From Lama glama (taxonomy: Eukaryota): DNA of 64,000 nucleotides. The stretch spans positions 47,308,001-47,372,000 of the forward strand of contig CM052816.1 in assembly GCA_028534125.1 (NCBI GenBank), in the 5' to 3' direction. This document shows, piece after piece, positions 11,839-24,559 of this stretch. The notes beneath the pieces were generated by a model. The model did not search any database. It was not told the DNA's origin and was given only the letters and a program-made list of their open reading frames with translations. The position numbers were made by a program, and so were the translations under genes. Within the stretch, counting starts at the first letter, position 1. The number at the start of each line of letters is the position of its first letter.

Positions 11839-14800
11839 TTTACTTACATTTCTCTGACTCTATCTGTTTAGGAGTAACAGTTATCTACCGTGGTCTTGAA
11901 AGGCTCTTTTTCTTTGTTTGTTTTTTAAGTGGGAGCATCCCTGTGTAGACTGTGTGTGTCTAATAATTTTGTTGCACAGGCTGTTTTTAGTATGGATGGT
12001 TGCCACATCTTTCTTCCATATGTGCTGGCTGTTATCCCCTTGATTGGGGGTGTGGTTAGTGTTGTGACCTGAGCTTGCCCTGGTTGTTGAGTGGGGCCTC
12101 CTCTTTGCTCTGTGGTTGTCACAGCCCTGACAGGTGCTGGGTCTGCTCCCGTTGTTGGAATAGAGGCTTCCAGAGCCCTTTCTGAGCTGCTGTGTGTGGT
12201 AGGCGGGATTAGAGTGCTTCTGCTGAAAGAGGAGCCACTGAGTATTCCTCTGTAGATGTTCCCCAGAAAGTGCCCTCTGTGATGTTGTCTGTCACTTGTT
12301 ATTCAGGCTTACTTAGTACACTGTGTTGATGCTGCCCTTGTCCCCACCTCAGCCATGGAATGTCAGCAGCTCACTCTTGTCTCCCCCAGATTATTTGCCT
12401 GCACAGCCACCAGTGGAGATCTGCTGATGTCAAGAACTAGGACCCACTGTAGTGCTTGTGCAGTCACACACCTGGATCCACCCTGCACCACAGGCTCAGC
12501 CCAGATGCCCGCCCCATGTCTATGTACAATACACAGGTCTGCTGTTAACACCAAACCCACCCCAACTATGAGCCGAAACTCTGCTTAATTGCCTCAGAAG
12601 CGTGGGTTCACAAAGGCACCAGTGAAGCAAATCTGCCACTGCTACCTGGGGCTAGACTCAAATCTCTGTCCCTCCTGTGAAGTTGCAGGCCCTCTGGATA
12701 TGGATTTAGGTTTTAGCCCTGCCTCTGCACCAGAAGGAGGCACACACCAGCAATTGTGCCCCTCCAGAGCAAGCTGAGAAAATGGCTGTGTCTGAACTCT
12801 GCCTATCTTCTCGCAAGAATACATGCTGACAATGGTGTTGAGCAATGCCTTCCAGGCTGGTGGAGATGACTGCTTTGTCCGGGCTGCATTGCCCTCCTCC
12901 TCCCATGCACACCAGCAGTCGTGCTCTCTATGGAGAGACCCAGGCTGATTTGTGCTGTCTCTCAGCCTCAGCCTGCACCACACTTGGCTGCCTGAGGCTG
13001 TCTCTACACAGTCAGCCCCAGTCCTCTCCCTGGGCTTGTCCAGGGAAGTCAGAGCTCCAACAGTCAGTTCTGGCCCGCCCCTGCTGGCTCACGTCTCTGG
13101 CTAGGGATCACAGGGACCCTTTGTGCTGGTTTCTCTCAGTTGTGTCTGCCAAGTGGGTGATGCTTTCTCCTCCAAGCCTCTGAAGCTCCCTTTCTGTCCT
13201 TGCTTACCTCCCCACTGTGGAGGGGGCTTCCCAGGGGAGGGCGCTTTTCCTTCTTTGTCACTTCCTCCCTGGTGGACAGGTCTCACACTGATTTCTTTTT
13301 TCTTTTTTTCTCTTCCCATTTTTGTGAGGATTCTTTCATGTATTTCTGAAGTAAGAGATATTCTGCCAAAGTTCAGTAGGTATTCTGTGCAAATTGTTCC
13401 ACGTGTAGATGTAGTTTTTGGTGTATTCTTGGGAGAGAGTGAGCTAGTCATCGTTCTACTCCGCCATCTTGGCAATCTCCGGGCATTCCTTCCTTTCTGT
13501 GCCTATAGGCCTCTGTATCTAGCATTGCTCTAGCGGTTTTTACATATTTTTGTTACTGTCTGTCTGTTTTTTTTATTGCAAACTTCTGGATGGCAAGTCA
13601 TTTTTCTCTAGTGAAAGCGTAGTATCAGGTATAGTGGCTATTCAATGATTGCAAACAATGACATTATAATCTTTGTGAAATTCTCCCTCTGGAAACACCT
13701 TATAACTCAACTAATTCAAGAACATAATGCTTTCTTTGGAAGCAGTTTAGACTTTTAATTTAAGATGCTATTTGTTGACATTGTATAAAGATTCATATAT
13801 ATTTAAGGATACACATAGGCACTAACACATTTATAGCCATACATCTCTTGGAAGTCCATCCATAACCTAGCTGCCTAACTTATTTAGGGTATTGTCTTCA
13901 AATTTATTTTTTCAATTAATAAAATCATACCCTTTGTGGTTATTACTCCATGGGGTGTAAGCACAAAATTTAAAACTTCAATTAAAATGCATAAAACAAA
14001 ACTGCAGCAGTTAAAGTAACATATTTGAAAAATTGCAGCTTAAAATGATGCCCCAATGGGGGGGGCAATTTAATAAGACACAAACACACACATACACACA
14101 CACACAAAAGAAGTAATGAAGAATAAAATGTTAATGATTTAAAAATAATATATATTTTTTGTATCACAGAAGACAGATGCGGAATTATGCTTTACTCCTT
14201 TAAGTTGTCATCTCTTATTTTGTGTACACTACCTCATTCCTAATTGTGTAAGCAGTCAATATTCATATCATTATTAAAAAACTGAGAGATCGAGTCACTA
14301 TCTTCTAAGCATTTTTGATGGTAGGAACACTCTACAGCAAGAGGATGCCAATAGAAACCTAAATATTGCAAGCAAAGTCTTTCATAAAGAGAATTACAGT
14401 CTTCTGTCAGGTAAGAATTCTAGAAATCCTGGCTGACTTTGTCTTTAATATTTTGCAATAATATTTGAAATATTTTGAAATAAAATAGGGGGAATTGGTT
14501 GGAAGTTTCTATAACATAAACTAGAACTCCTTGATCCTCTTTGCCTCATGAATGTTAAATATTTTGCCTCTATTTTACTGTAAATAGCATTGTTTTGGGC
14601 TTTTGGCTAGAAAGTAGAAGTTGAGTGAAAAACATTTATCTAGCCAATTGGGAAAAATCAAAACGGTGAGGTGATGAGATATAAAAACTGGTCTACACAA
14701 TGCTAGGCATTGGTGACAGAAAGTTTTTATCTAAACATTTTGTTATTCAAAAAATGTTATTCAAATGCTTTTAAGGGGAAGTAGCTTTAGTGAGCTTCTG

Positions 14801-14984
14801 GACAGAATTTCAGTTAGTTTTCCAACTCTCCAATAAAATCGACATTTATTGAAAGACTGTTATGTGCAAGATCCCATGGGACACAGAAGGCAGAATAAGT
14901 TACAGTACCTGCCTTCAAGGAGTTTATAACTCTGTGAGGGTAAAGAAAATATGTACATGGATAGAATACAGGCAGGGTAAACTT

Positions 14985-16320
14985 AGTGGATTGAATATAG
15001 ATGTTTACTTTGTATTCTCCTGAAATAACACCACAGTGAGAGTAAAGGAATTGAAGAGGTATGGACTTTCAAACATAAACAGAAGGGAAGGGGATATAAA
15101 AACAGAGCAAGCCATTTTTGGAAGATAGAATTGGATGAAAAAATTGTCAGAGGTGGAAAACTGATCCTAAGTACCTAGGATGGTAACAGCAATGAGAAAC
15201 AACTCCAACTTTGCCACAGGACCCAAGAAAGTCTCTGAAATTAAAGATACTTGGTATCCTTGAAGACAGGAATAAAGCATGGACTTGAAAACAGGGGGAA
15301 TTGGTTGGAAATTTCTGTAACATAAACTAGAACTCCTTGGTCCTCTTTGCCTCTCCAGTGTTAACAGGAAGCAGCAATTTGTGAAAAAATTGAACTGGAA
15401 AGGCTAATGTGAATAGTGGGAAAGAAGATACTATATTAAAAACGGGAGGATTAAATGAAAGTGTTTGTACTGAATGGCAAGACTTGCTAACATCCTTGAG
15501 ATGTTTGACTGTAAGCAGCTTACAGGCAGGAGAGTGGAAAATTTTCTCTGGAGGTTCTGAACTATCTGAGAATGTCTGTCTATATTTATCCACAGAGACT
15601 GATATAAATCACTCATCTAAAAGGCCATGTGTCTAGCCAACAGTGAAACCCACCAATTGACAGATTCCACTTTGCACAGTTCTCTAACAACTTTTTTTTT
15701 TAATGGAGGTACTGGGGATTGAGCCCAGGACCTCGTGCATGCTACGCACGTGCTGTACTACTGAGGTTTCACCCCCACCACCTCAAACAACTTATTAGTG
15801 TTTTGCTTTTAACTGTGAATGGGCAAAAACTCAACAAATATCTGAGGACAGCCTCCAACAAGAAAGACAGAGGAATAAACAGAAAGAGAGAAGATTAAAA
15901 AAGAACTCATAGGAAAATATAGATATAACAGGAAACAGAAGAAATGCAATCTTCTCCCACCTCAAAGCTGCTAATAAAATCATCAGAGAGCTGAAAGAAC
16001 ATACCATGTCTGTAAATCAAGAATAAGATGTTAAAAAAAACAAACCAAAAACAAACAAACAAACAAAAAATCGCTCTTGGAAATTAAACATAATATAACC
16101 AAAAAAAAAAAAAGAAGGAAAGAAAGAAAAGAAAACAACACTCAAATCCCCAAAACAAACAAGTAAAATCTGATAAAAAAAATTTGAAAGTTAAGCTCAT
16201 TTTTTATAAAGTGGAAGAAAATGATGAAGAAATGAACAAAAGGTGTGAAAAACAAGAACAGTAGAAGACTAATCTGGAAAGGCCAATATTTGACTCATAA
16301 AATTTCTGGAAAGTGATGGA
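14985..16320 (+). mobile_element. Ancient L1/HAL1-type 5'-region fragment
   Basis: Purine-rich decayed ORF1-like sequence (TCAACAAATATCTGAGGACAGCCTCCAACAAGAAAGACAGAG...AATCTGGAAAGGCCAATATTTGAC). Confidence 0.5.
15694..15781 (-). mobile_element. tRNA-derived SINE (Vic-1-like, short form)
   Basis: GGAGGTACTGGGGATTGAGCCCAGGACCTCGTGCATGCTA. TSD CTC(T/A)AACAACTT at 15682-15693 and 15782-15793. Confidence 0.9.
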
Positions 16321-17689
16321 ATGAAACCGGATAATAAGTTCTCTTTGAGATACAGTGTGTGAAAGTAGGAGTGGGAGAGAAAGATGGTTGCCATATGTGG
16401 TCAGTGTATTGTTTTGGTTTGGTCAGGGAAGGGGATGGACTAAGAGTGATATGAAACATGGGTTATATTACGAGGATGCAACTGCACACAATTTTGGACT
16501 CGGGAAGGTAGTCCCTCTGCTTCTGGGGGTGGGCCCAAAGGTCAGCAGGACTGGCATTTGGGAAGAGAAGCTGGACATAAAGAGGGCACGAGAAAGACAG
16601 ATGCTGCCCTGGAAGCTGCGTCTACCAGCACCTCTAACCTTGGTGGAAGGAGTGCCCTGCAGGAGGAGAAGGTGGTCCGGCAGATATAGCATCACTGCGT
16701 GTAAATGGCATGGGAGCCCGTTACTACACAGTGACTACCTTTCAGAACCTTTGGCTTCCAAATCCCAAAGAACATTCTCTTGTGGTTAATTCACCCAGCA
16801 TCACATAGGATATAGATTCTGGGACATGTAGGTCCAGATTAGGGTCAAGTTGTGAAGGAACCCTGAATGCCAGGTTGATGTATTTGGACTTTCCTGTGTA
16901 GGCTCTGAAGGGCTGCTGAAAGTTGACAACAAGAATAGATTCAGAACTGAAAGCTGTAAGACCCTCGGCTAAGTTGCTTTTGAGGATATTGGTATGTTTT
17001 TAGAGTTGATTGTATTCACTGTTGCCTACCTACTGTGTATTTGTAAATCAATTTTGCCTCATGTCATTACTTAGGAAGGCTCACTGCACTTGTGTTTTTT
17101 CTGTTCATAAAGAACAATCTTTATCATCAGTACATGTTGATAATTCCAGGGACAGAGACTGTTAGACATAGTGGATACGAGTCAGTGTCATTGCCAGTAA
17201 AGTAGTAATAATATCTTCTGTTTTTAAAGTGCGTTAGGGCCTTTGGAGGAAAGGTATTACTGGAGGTAGGTATAAAGTTAAAAAGGAAATTCAAGGTGAA
17301 TGATGCTTATATGGTGATGGCTTAATAATGTGTTTCAGAGGGGCAGGTGAACTGCAGTGTTTGAGAAAAATGGATGTTGCTACAAGCTGTCCAAGTTTAA
17401 TCATTTTAAAGAGTAGTTCTTTTTGACAGTGCTGGAAACAGAGGTGTAGTGACTCTCCAAACAGAAAAAAAAATTTACCCACAACTTGATTTTTATGTTG
17501 CTGGGTATGTTCTTCTCCATCTATTGAAATTCTTTCATCCTTCAAGGTCCCCATTTTCACCATTCCTTCCTTGAAGACTCCTCTGATGGCCTCATTCAGA
17601 GGGCGTGCTTCCTTTCTTTAATTTTCATGGAACTTTGTGTTAGATTTTAAAGAATTACTCTAATCATATACTGCTAGCTTTTCACTGAG

Positions 17690-17850
17690 ATGTAGAGCAG
17701 GGGAAAGAGTCAGAGAGATCTGGGTTAGAGTCTTGGTTCTCTACTCACTGTGTGATCTAGGGCAAGGGGCTTAACATCTCTTAGATTCAATTTCAATTTC
17801 CATAAGGTTTGAAAAGTTGCATTGAAGTACCTACCACATAGGTATAAAAT
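17690..17850 (+). mobile_element. MIR fragment
   Basis: GAGTCAGAGAGATCTGGGTTAGAGTCTTGGTTCTCTACTCACTGTGTGATCTAGGGCAAG. Confidence 0.65.
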
Positions 17851-20800
17851 GAATACTAATCTCCCTCATTCTGCTTTTTTCTTTCTTTAAATGTATTACA
17901 CCACCCCCAATTAGTTTTAAGCACTTTAAAGATGAGTATTACCTTAATCATTGTTAAAATAAATAAGTAACAAGTAAACCGATAAAAAGATCTTAACCTT
18001 CATTGACTCCCTCTCTGCGTTTAGTCTAATGTCTGACTGTAGACATTCGATATAATGCTGTGACGAATAGATTAAAGAACTGGGAGGCAACCTGCTCTAG
18101 TTTGAGTTCCTCCTGAATAAAGCTGCTGGGAATGGGGCAGATTCCTTGTCTGGAGTCTTGATACATACCTTCCAAGGCCACTTCTTGTTTCATCAGAGGA
18201 TTAAGGCTATGCATCTCAATAGAACTTCTATGGTGACATCCACTGCTGAAGGTTAAACAAAATCAAAAGTGCTTCTGGAAAGAACAGAAAGGAGCTTTTG
18301 AGGTTTCCCCATCCCCAGTTTTCACCAAGGCCCAGGGGATGCTTTCAGAAGTAGCGCATGATGGAGTGTTGGCCCCCAGAAGTCCACCTTCCTGTCTTGA
18401 GTGAGTATCAAAGTGAAGGCGGCCTTTCTGAGAGAGCTTCCTCCCATGCTGGGCCCTACTGAAAGACCATTATTAACCCTACCAATTCATGTCCAAGTCA
18501 CATCAATCATTTGGGTCACACAATGCCTGACTGTAAATTATGACATTATCTCCAAATAGGAAGGTGATAATAATAATAATCATTAAAAAAAAAAAAAAAA
18601 AAAGCTCCCGGCATGGCCCCTGCCGGCTGAGGACCTTGGCCAGATCTGTCATATTTGTTCTGAACATGAAAGGCTTGGCTGTTCCCTTGCAGGCCCATAC
18701 ATCACGGGGCCTGTCATGGGTTTCTGTAGGACTGGTTGACACAGCTCAGAACAGCAGCTGCTGGATGGCTTTGGGGAGCCTGACTCAAGAAACAGTTGCT
18801 GGGGTACAGGGACCACAAGCATGCTTCCAGAGACCGACATCCTGTTGTGCTGTCCTGCCACTGCCCTCGGTAAGTCACAACGAGGAGTAAACTGCTGTCA
18901 CCGAGATGAAAGGCCCCCTTTCTCTGATCTCTCCACTACAAAATTACTTCAGTGCCACACTGTATTTTATGTCAATACCTATTTTATTTTTCAAAATTGA
19001 AAAAGATATAAGTACATTGTTCCCTGAATTCCTGATGCTCTGGGTAACCTAGCAACCGAGTATGCCACATAGCACACAACAGAATATTATCATGCAATCC
19101 ACTCCACTAACAAGCAAGCAGCACAGATTTCCCTTGCAGATGATTTAGACTAAATTAACAGTTAATAGTTGCTATTAATATTAAAAATAATAACAACCTC
19201 CCTTTTTCATTTCTTAGAGCTGGATTTGTAGGGAATAATGCTTGGTTCTAATTGCACATGTGGGAGAGTGTTTTTCACTGAGCCTACATCTTCCAAGTGA
19301 TTTGCATGGGATTTAGGTAGCCAGCAGCATGCTGCAAAGTGATAATCACATGAAACAGGAGAATGCATTCTGGATATTTGGAAACTGTGCAAAATTTCAA
19401 GTTCAAAATGGACTCGTGCTCTCCACCTCTGGGAAGAATGTGCCAATAAGGGGCTAAAAGGCACTGATTGGGCTGGTTAGCCATGCTGACCCTGCCCCCC
19501 ATCCTCAGAGAAGGCTGCCAGGAGGCCCTCTGGCAAGCAGCTCTAGGACAAGAATGAAGTGGGGACAAGAGTCAGGGTCAGGGAGAAGTTCAAGGAGCCC
19601 TGACCTGAAAGAACACGGGCAAGGTCATGGCACAGAGCGAGAGTCTGCTGAAGAATGACAGGGAGGACAGGGGAGAGAAAAAAGTAAAACAGAAGTTGGG
19701 CAGAACAAAGGAGGAAGAAAGGATGTCTCCGGGAACAAGGAGGTCAAGCCTGAAACACACGTAGAGTCATGAAATAGGAGGTGGGTGGGCTCTTTTTTTG
19801 ATAACAGACTGGAAGTTCAAGAGTTGGAGGCTAGGTTTCTAAAAACAGACTTTTATGTCTACTTGTCCTTCATTTTAGACTTCCTTTTGAGTTGACCTAC
19901 CTATTTGTGTTCTGTGAAAATCACACACACACACATGCACACATTTTCATTAATGGGCCCTTGTGAATAATTCACTGTTCTCTCTCTCTTTCCCTTCTTT
20001 TAAAAGCAATCAATTTAATTTGGGAGCTTCTTTCCTGAGCCACTGGAACTTTAAGAAGCCTTTGCAACTTTCTTAGAACTCAGACCTCAAAAAGAACCCT
20101 TGAAAAGTCCTGCTGTTTCTCTCCTTAACTAGTCACCTCAATCTGAAGAACTAAGGGCCTTTCATTTTGAGTACTTCCTGCTGCTTTTTAATAATCTACG
20201 AGTGAATTAGGCATTTTCGCCTTCAGCTTACAGCTGTTGCAAATAATGTTTCCTTCCAATCAAGAAGGAAATATTTTAATACTTTCTGGGACTCTGAACA
20301 ACCTGCTATATGAAAAAAAAAAATAACAGTGCCCAGTGTCTCATCTAAATTGAATTAACTTCATTTGCAAATATCGATATAAAGCTGATTCTTGAAATAC
20401 TGTTGTTTTTCTTAACTCGAATAAAAATTTAAGGGCACGTTTTGTTTGTCAATAGGCTGAGGCAATTTTCCCTCTTTAGAAAGCATTTTGATATTGTAGT
20501 CAGGAACAGCCCTTCCTGTGTCTGGTTTCGAAGTGCTCACCGTTTGTGCCGATTAAGGAGCAAACCATTGGGTTGCACTCCTTGCCACGGGGGGAACTGA
20601 CAGGACACTAAATATCATTGCGGTGCAGCAAAGCATGGAGATGCTCCAAGGACAGCAGAGCTGAAAACATGAATACGATGCATAAGCTTTTGACTGGATG
20701 GCAGAAGGGCGATTGGAATCCGGACATCAACGACAATCTGAAATTGTGCAGTATTTGGATTTGCTCAATTTTAAGAGAAGTGTTTTAGAAAGCAGAGGAC

Positions 20801-23556
20801 TGGGGTGATGACTTTTCCATGGAAGCAGAGAAGAATCAGCTGCTTTTAAAAAGGCCACATTAATGTATTTGTGCCCAAACACTTGTAAAACCCGGACCAC
20901 CCATGGGGAATGTGTTCATGTCAAAGCTGCGGAGGAGTGACCTGTGCATCCGAGGGTTTCTGTTGCTGAGGTGATGGGATGGGAGGCCGGGGGAGATGCA
21001 TGCCTATGAATCTGCAAGAGCCCTGCAGGGCAGTGGCACAGAAAGAATGCAACCTTCAGTGGATTAGAATCAGTTAGTTAATTGTTTCAGATATGGAATT
21101 TTAGGGCAGGTGTGACCTTAAGGGTTGATCTCCAAAAGTTAACTTTTCTTTTCCCTATTCTAAAATGTTTTCAATTAAAAGAGCATTGATATGTTAGAAA
21201 ATTTGTTAAAAGCAAAACTGAGAAATTCTAGGACAGATTATGAAGACAGCTGACTAAAATCTTCATGGTTTTAGTGCATTGTAGCGAGAGAGTCAGGGAT
21301 TGGGAAAAATCACTGTCAGTGAGGAGACCGTGGTCCTGTTTTCATCTGAAAATAGCTGTGAACAGATGGACATCAGTTGAAAAAAAGATAGGGTGGCTTT
21401 AAAATCAAATTTGAATTTGGTGAATTTTATACTGTAAGATACCAATACTACAAAAATTACCAAATACTACCCAAAAAATCCTTCAAAGTTACATATAGAC
21501 AGACCAAAAACTGACCCTTACAGGCTCACCACAGGATGCTGGAGGTAAGTGAATGCCCCCCCTCGCCCATGACAGCACCCCTGCCGTCAGCCCGGGATGA
21601 GGGTGGCCCTGGCCACATTCTCTATAAGGGTGATATGGGCATCATTCGCCCTCAGCGAATCTTAGTGCTGGGCAAGGTCGGCCCCCCTCCCTGCCCCACG
21701 TCCACAGATCCCTGTCATTCCAGGTGAGCAGCGCCTCACGCCTCTCATTAACATCACTGTGCTAGAGATGTCACTTGTGGCCTTCTCAGTTGGGTATCTA
21801 CATTTTAAAAGCAGACACGTAGAGCAGGTATCATTTAACCCAAAGAAATACAATGTTGATGATCTCATTCTGGGCATCCTGGTGAAGGAGATTTATTCTG
21901 ATGGAGGACAAGTCCAGTCTCCCTCAAAATAGATCATGCCGACAAACTGCCTAGAAGTATAAGCACACTCTACCTTTCAAGGGAGTACTGAGCCCTTACA
22001 ACACAGTCAGTGCTCCCAAACTTTTATCAGAACATTCAACTTAGTAAAAATCTGTTGTTTCAGATGTAGAATTACACCTATCTGCAGATGCTGCCTTGTT
22101 ATATTTTAAATTTAAGCTACTGGATAAAAGAAGATAACATTAACTTAGAAACCATTGCAGTAAACATCTTGTGGCATCTTGATAAAGACAATGATAGGCA
22201 ATATGTTATATTATTTTAACATATTTAAATGTTTAGACTCTGTTTAGAAGTCAATATAATATGCTTAGAAGAGCACTCACTAGAAGGTATTAATATAAAA
22301 TACTAAAAAATTGCTTAATAGTACAATGTTTAAGCAATATTCTTGCTTAAAAATATGACTGTGGTACAATTCAGAAAACAGCCAACAAACAATTCAAAAC
22401 CAAAACAAAGCAAGTCCCTTCTGTGATTTCAAATTAAATATTATTATAAAGTATGTTAAAAAAAAAAAACAAAGTTCCTAATTTTCTTTTACCCATCTAC
22501 CTCTCTTTTCTGTTTCTTATGTCACTATCTGCCCCACATTGGAATCTTGCAGACACATTCTGGCACAACAGGAATGCCATTACACTGTTTCTGCTCCCAC
22601 AGAAGCAGCTCTGGGCTTCGGGGTGTGAGGTGAGGCGTCTGCAGGACACTATGGTTGGCAGCACTGCCAACTGTCCCCTGCCTGGGGTAGCAGAGTGGGC
22701 GTTCATGGTAATGGTTGTTGCTTGCAGCATCATAACAAACAAATTCTGTCGTCTTGCAGTGCCCCCACAGCAGCTGTCTTTTGCCACTTTGTGAGTGATA
22801 TGTCTTAAAATTCAAGTGAGGCAGTCTGCTTGGATATCATGTCCTGTGTGAAGATACACAGCAAATCAAGACTGTATCGTCTTCAGAAAGAAGATGTTAT
22901 GTTAGGGGAGAACTTGGAACACTGAGCGGGCAGGTGAGTGGGGAGGGCCCACCAGGCCACTCCTTAGGAGCCCAGGATGCCTGGCAAGGAGAGATGGTGG
23001 TTTTCCCTGGTTCCCAAATAATTCAGTACACTTCCTTGGAGCCCTTATTTCTTTTCAAGCATTCAGTGGGTATCAAAAAACCTTTCTGGAAAAGGTTTAA
23101 AATTTCTTTCCCGTCCAAATAAAGATTCTGAAATAATTGTATATATATTTCAAACCTGAGAAAGAAAAAAGTTGAATAAGGAAGTTTGAAATTGTGTTTC
23201 CAATGGCCTCACCTAAGCCCTGTGCGTTGAAGTATTTAAAATGTATGTAGGAAAGAGTCAGGACAACTGAAGAGGCATTTTTCTTTCAAAAAATAGAATG
23301 CCCAGCCCTGAATTTAGACATGAACTTTGATCACAGTTTTCCATGTGTTTTTGATTTGTAATGATCAGAATGCCAACACAGAGTAAATGACTGCTACCAA
23401 GGATTGACTAGTTTACAATATTTCCAGTTTCCTTCGTTTAAGGAGCATTAAGCAACCTGCAAACACTGGCACAAGCTAGAGATCTGACCTCTAAATTGGG
23501 AGGGTAGATTTGGCCTCATCCTCTTATGTTGAACAGCTGGGAAATGGTGTCTAGAG

Positions 23557-23560
<4 letters not shown>

Positions 23561-23593
<33 letters not shown>

Positions 23594-23625
23594 TAATGTG
23601 TGTGTGTGTGTGTGTGTATTAATGT
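23561..23625. repeat. Compound (TG)n microsatellite with repeated TATTAA interruption
   Basis: (TG)14-TATATTAA-(TG)10-TATTAA-TGTG. Confidence 0.9.
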
Positions 23626-23849
23626 GGCTTCCGTTAAGAGATGCTTGTCAGTTACTATGTTTAAATTTATGAAATTTTTCTAATAATTTACAAAGCTATA
23701 ATGTGTACTCGCCTACTTTAGAATCCTTGGAAATCTGTTTATTTTCCCAGGAATTGCAGATTTCAGTATAGCTTTATTTCATGGTGGCTTTACATAAAAC
23801 AATGGCAGCAACGAAAAGGAAAAAAACAGCAAACAATAGCAATAACAAA

Positions 23850-24550
23850 CAATAAAGACCACGTCACACCCAAACACGCCCTCATAGGTACACAAAAGAA
23901 AGCTTTACTGGTTTATCCATTAGTTCTCGTCACAAATGGCTGGCAAGCGAGACATGAGAGGAATAGTCTGCTCTGGTCATCTCCCTGCAGGGTCATCTGC
24001 TCGGCAGTAGGACACTGCTAGCCACGTGCTAACAGGGTTAATTGCAGCCACACGTAGGTTTTCTTTTTGGATGACAGGGAGCTGCCTTAAAATTGATCTG
24101 CACACAGTCGAGGGACTAATTCCAGGCTTCCTTTCGGCCCGTCCTCACCCCGTGACAGACTGCTGCTACCTACAGGCCCTCGGACACACTCGCCTGGGTT
24201 CGCCGCAAGTGTGGGAACAGGCGCAGCGCTGGGTCAGAGGGCACGGAGCCAGTGTCGCTACGTGCACGTCTCCGCTTTTGTGCTGGCCCTGGCTTCGTCC
24301 TACTTTATGCAGATTCCACCTCTGCGCGATCCAGATTGTGCCATATGGGATTCCTGTGTATGACTAGCGGGGACACATGCCTGTGGGAACTATTCTAATG
24401 AAGGACCAACCCAGGCACTGCTGCCTGAACTGTTGCTTTTCCCAGGAGAATTTTTGTAAGGGGGGCTTAGGGGTGACGTCTGGGGGCAAAGACAGTCTCA
24501 ATGTCTGGGAAAAGAGTGGTGTGTCTGGTTCTTTACAGAGTGCGTGTATG
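23850..24550. promoter_or_regulatory. CpG-enriched candidate enhancer with clustered RCGTG/E-box motifs
   Basis: CACGTG at 24023, TACGTG on the minus strand at about 24051, palindromic TACGTGCACGTC at 24259-24270, TGACGT at about 24474. Locally high CpG retention outside repeats. Confidence 0.5.
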
Positions 24551-24559
24551 GAAATAGGA

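Larger units (their letters stand above)
8160..13480 (-). mobile_element. LINE-1, 5'-intact, internally deleted, non-functional (about 5.3 kb)
   Basis: 5' end GGAGATTGCCAAGATGGCGG with YY1 site at about 13480, about 1.6-kb 5'UTR, ORF1 start at 11838, ORF2 remnants, 3'UTR, and poly(A) (T-run at 8160-8169). No convincing TSD; both flanks are pyrimidine-rich and degenerate. Confidence 0.95.

Noticed and set aside
13101..13533. ORFs in the L1 5'UTR (possible ORF0 analogue)
   Set aside because: Non-ATG starts in GC-rich UTR and no homology; the plus-strand frame runs out into flanking DNA.
15700..15780. tRNA-like A/B boxes (also at about 530-600 and 32900-32970)
   Set aside because: These are SINE heads with tails and TSDs, not tRNA genes.
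21722..21932. Open frame GEQRLTPLINITVLEMSL…SPSK after a CAG
   Set aside because: No recognisable homology, and the adjacent CAG|GTGAGC reads better as a donor than as an acceptor.
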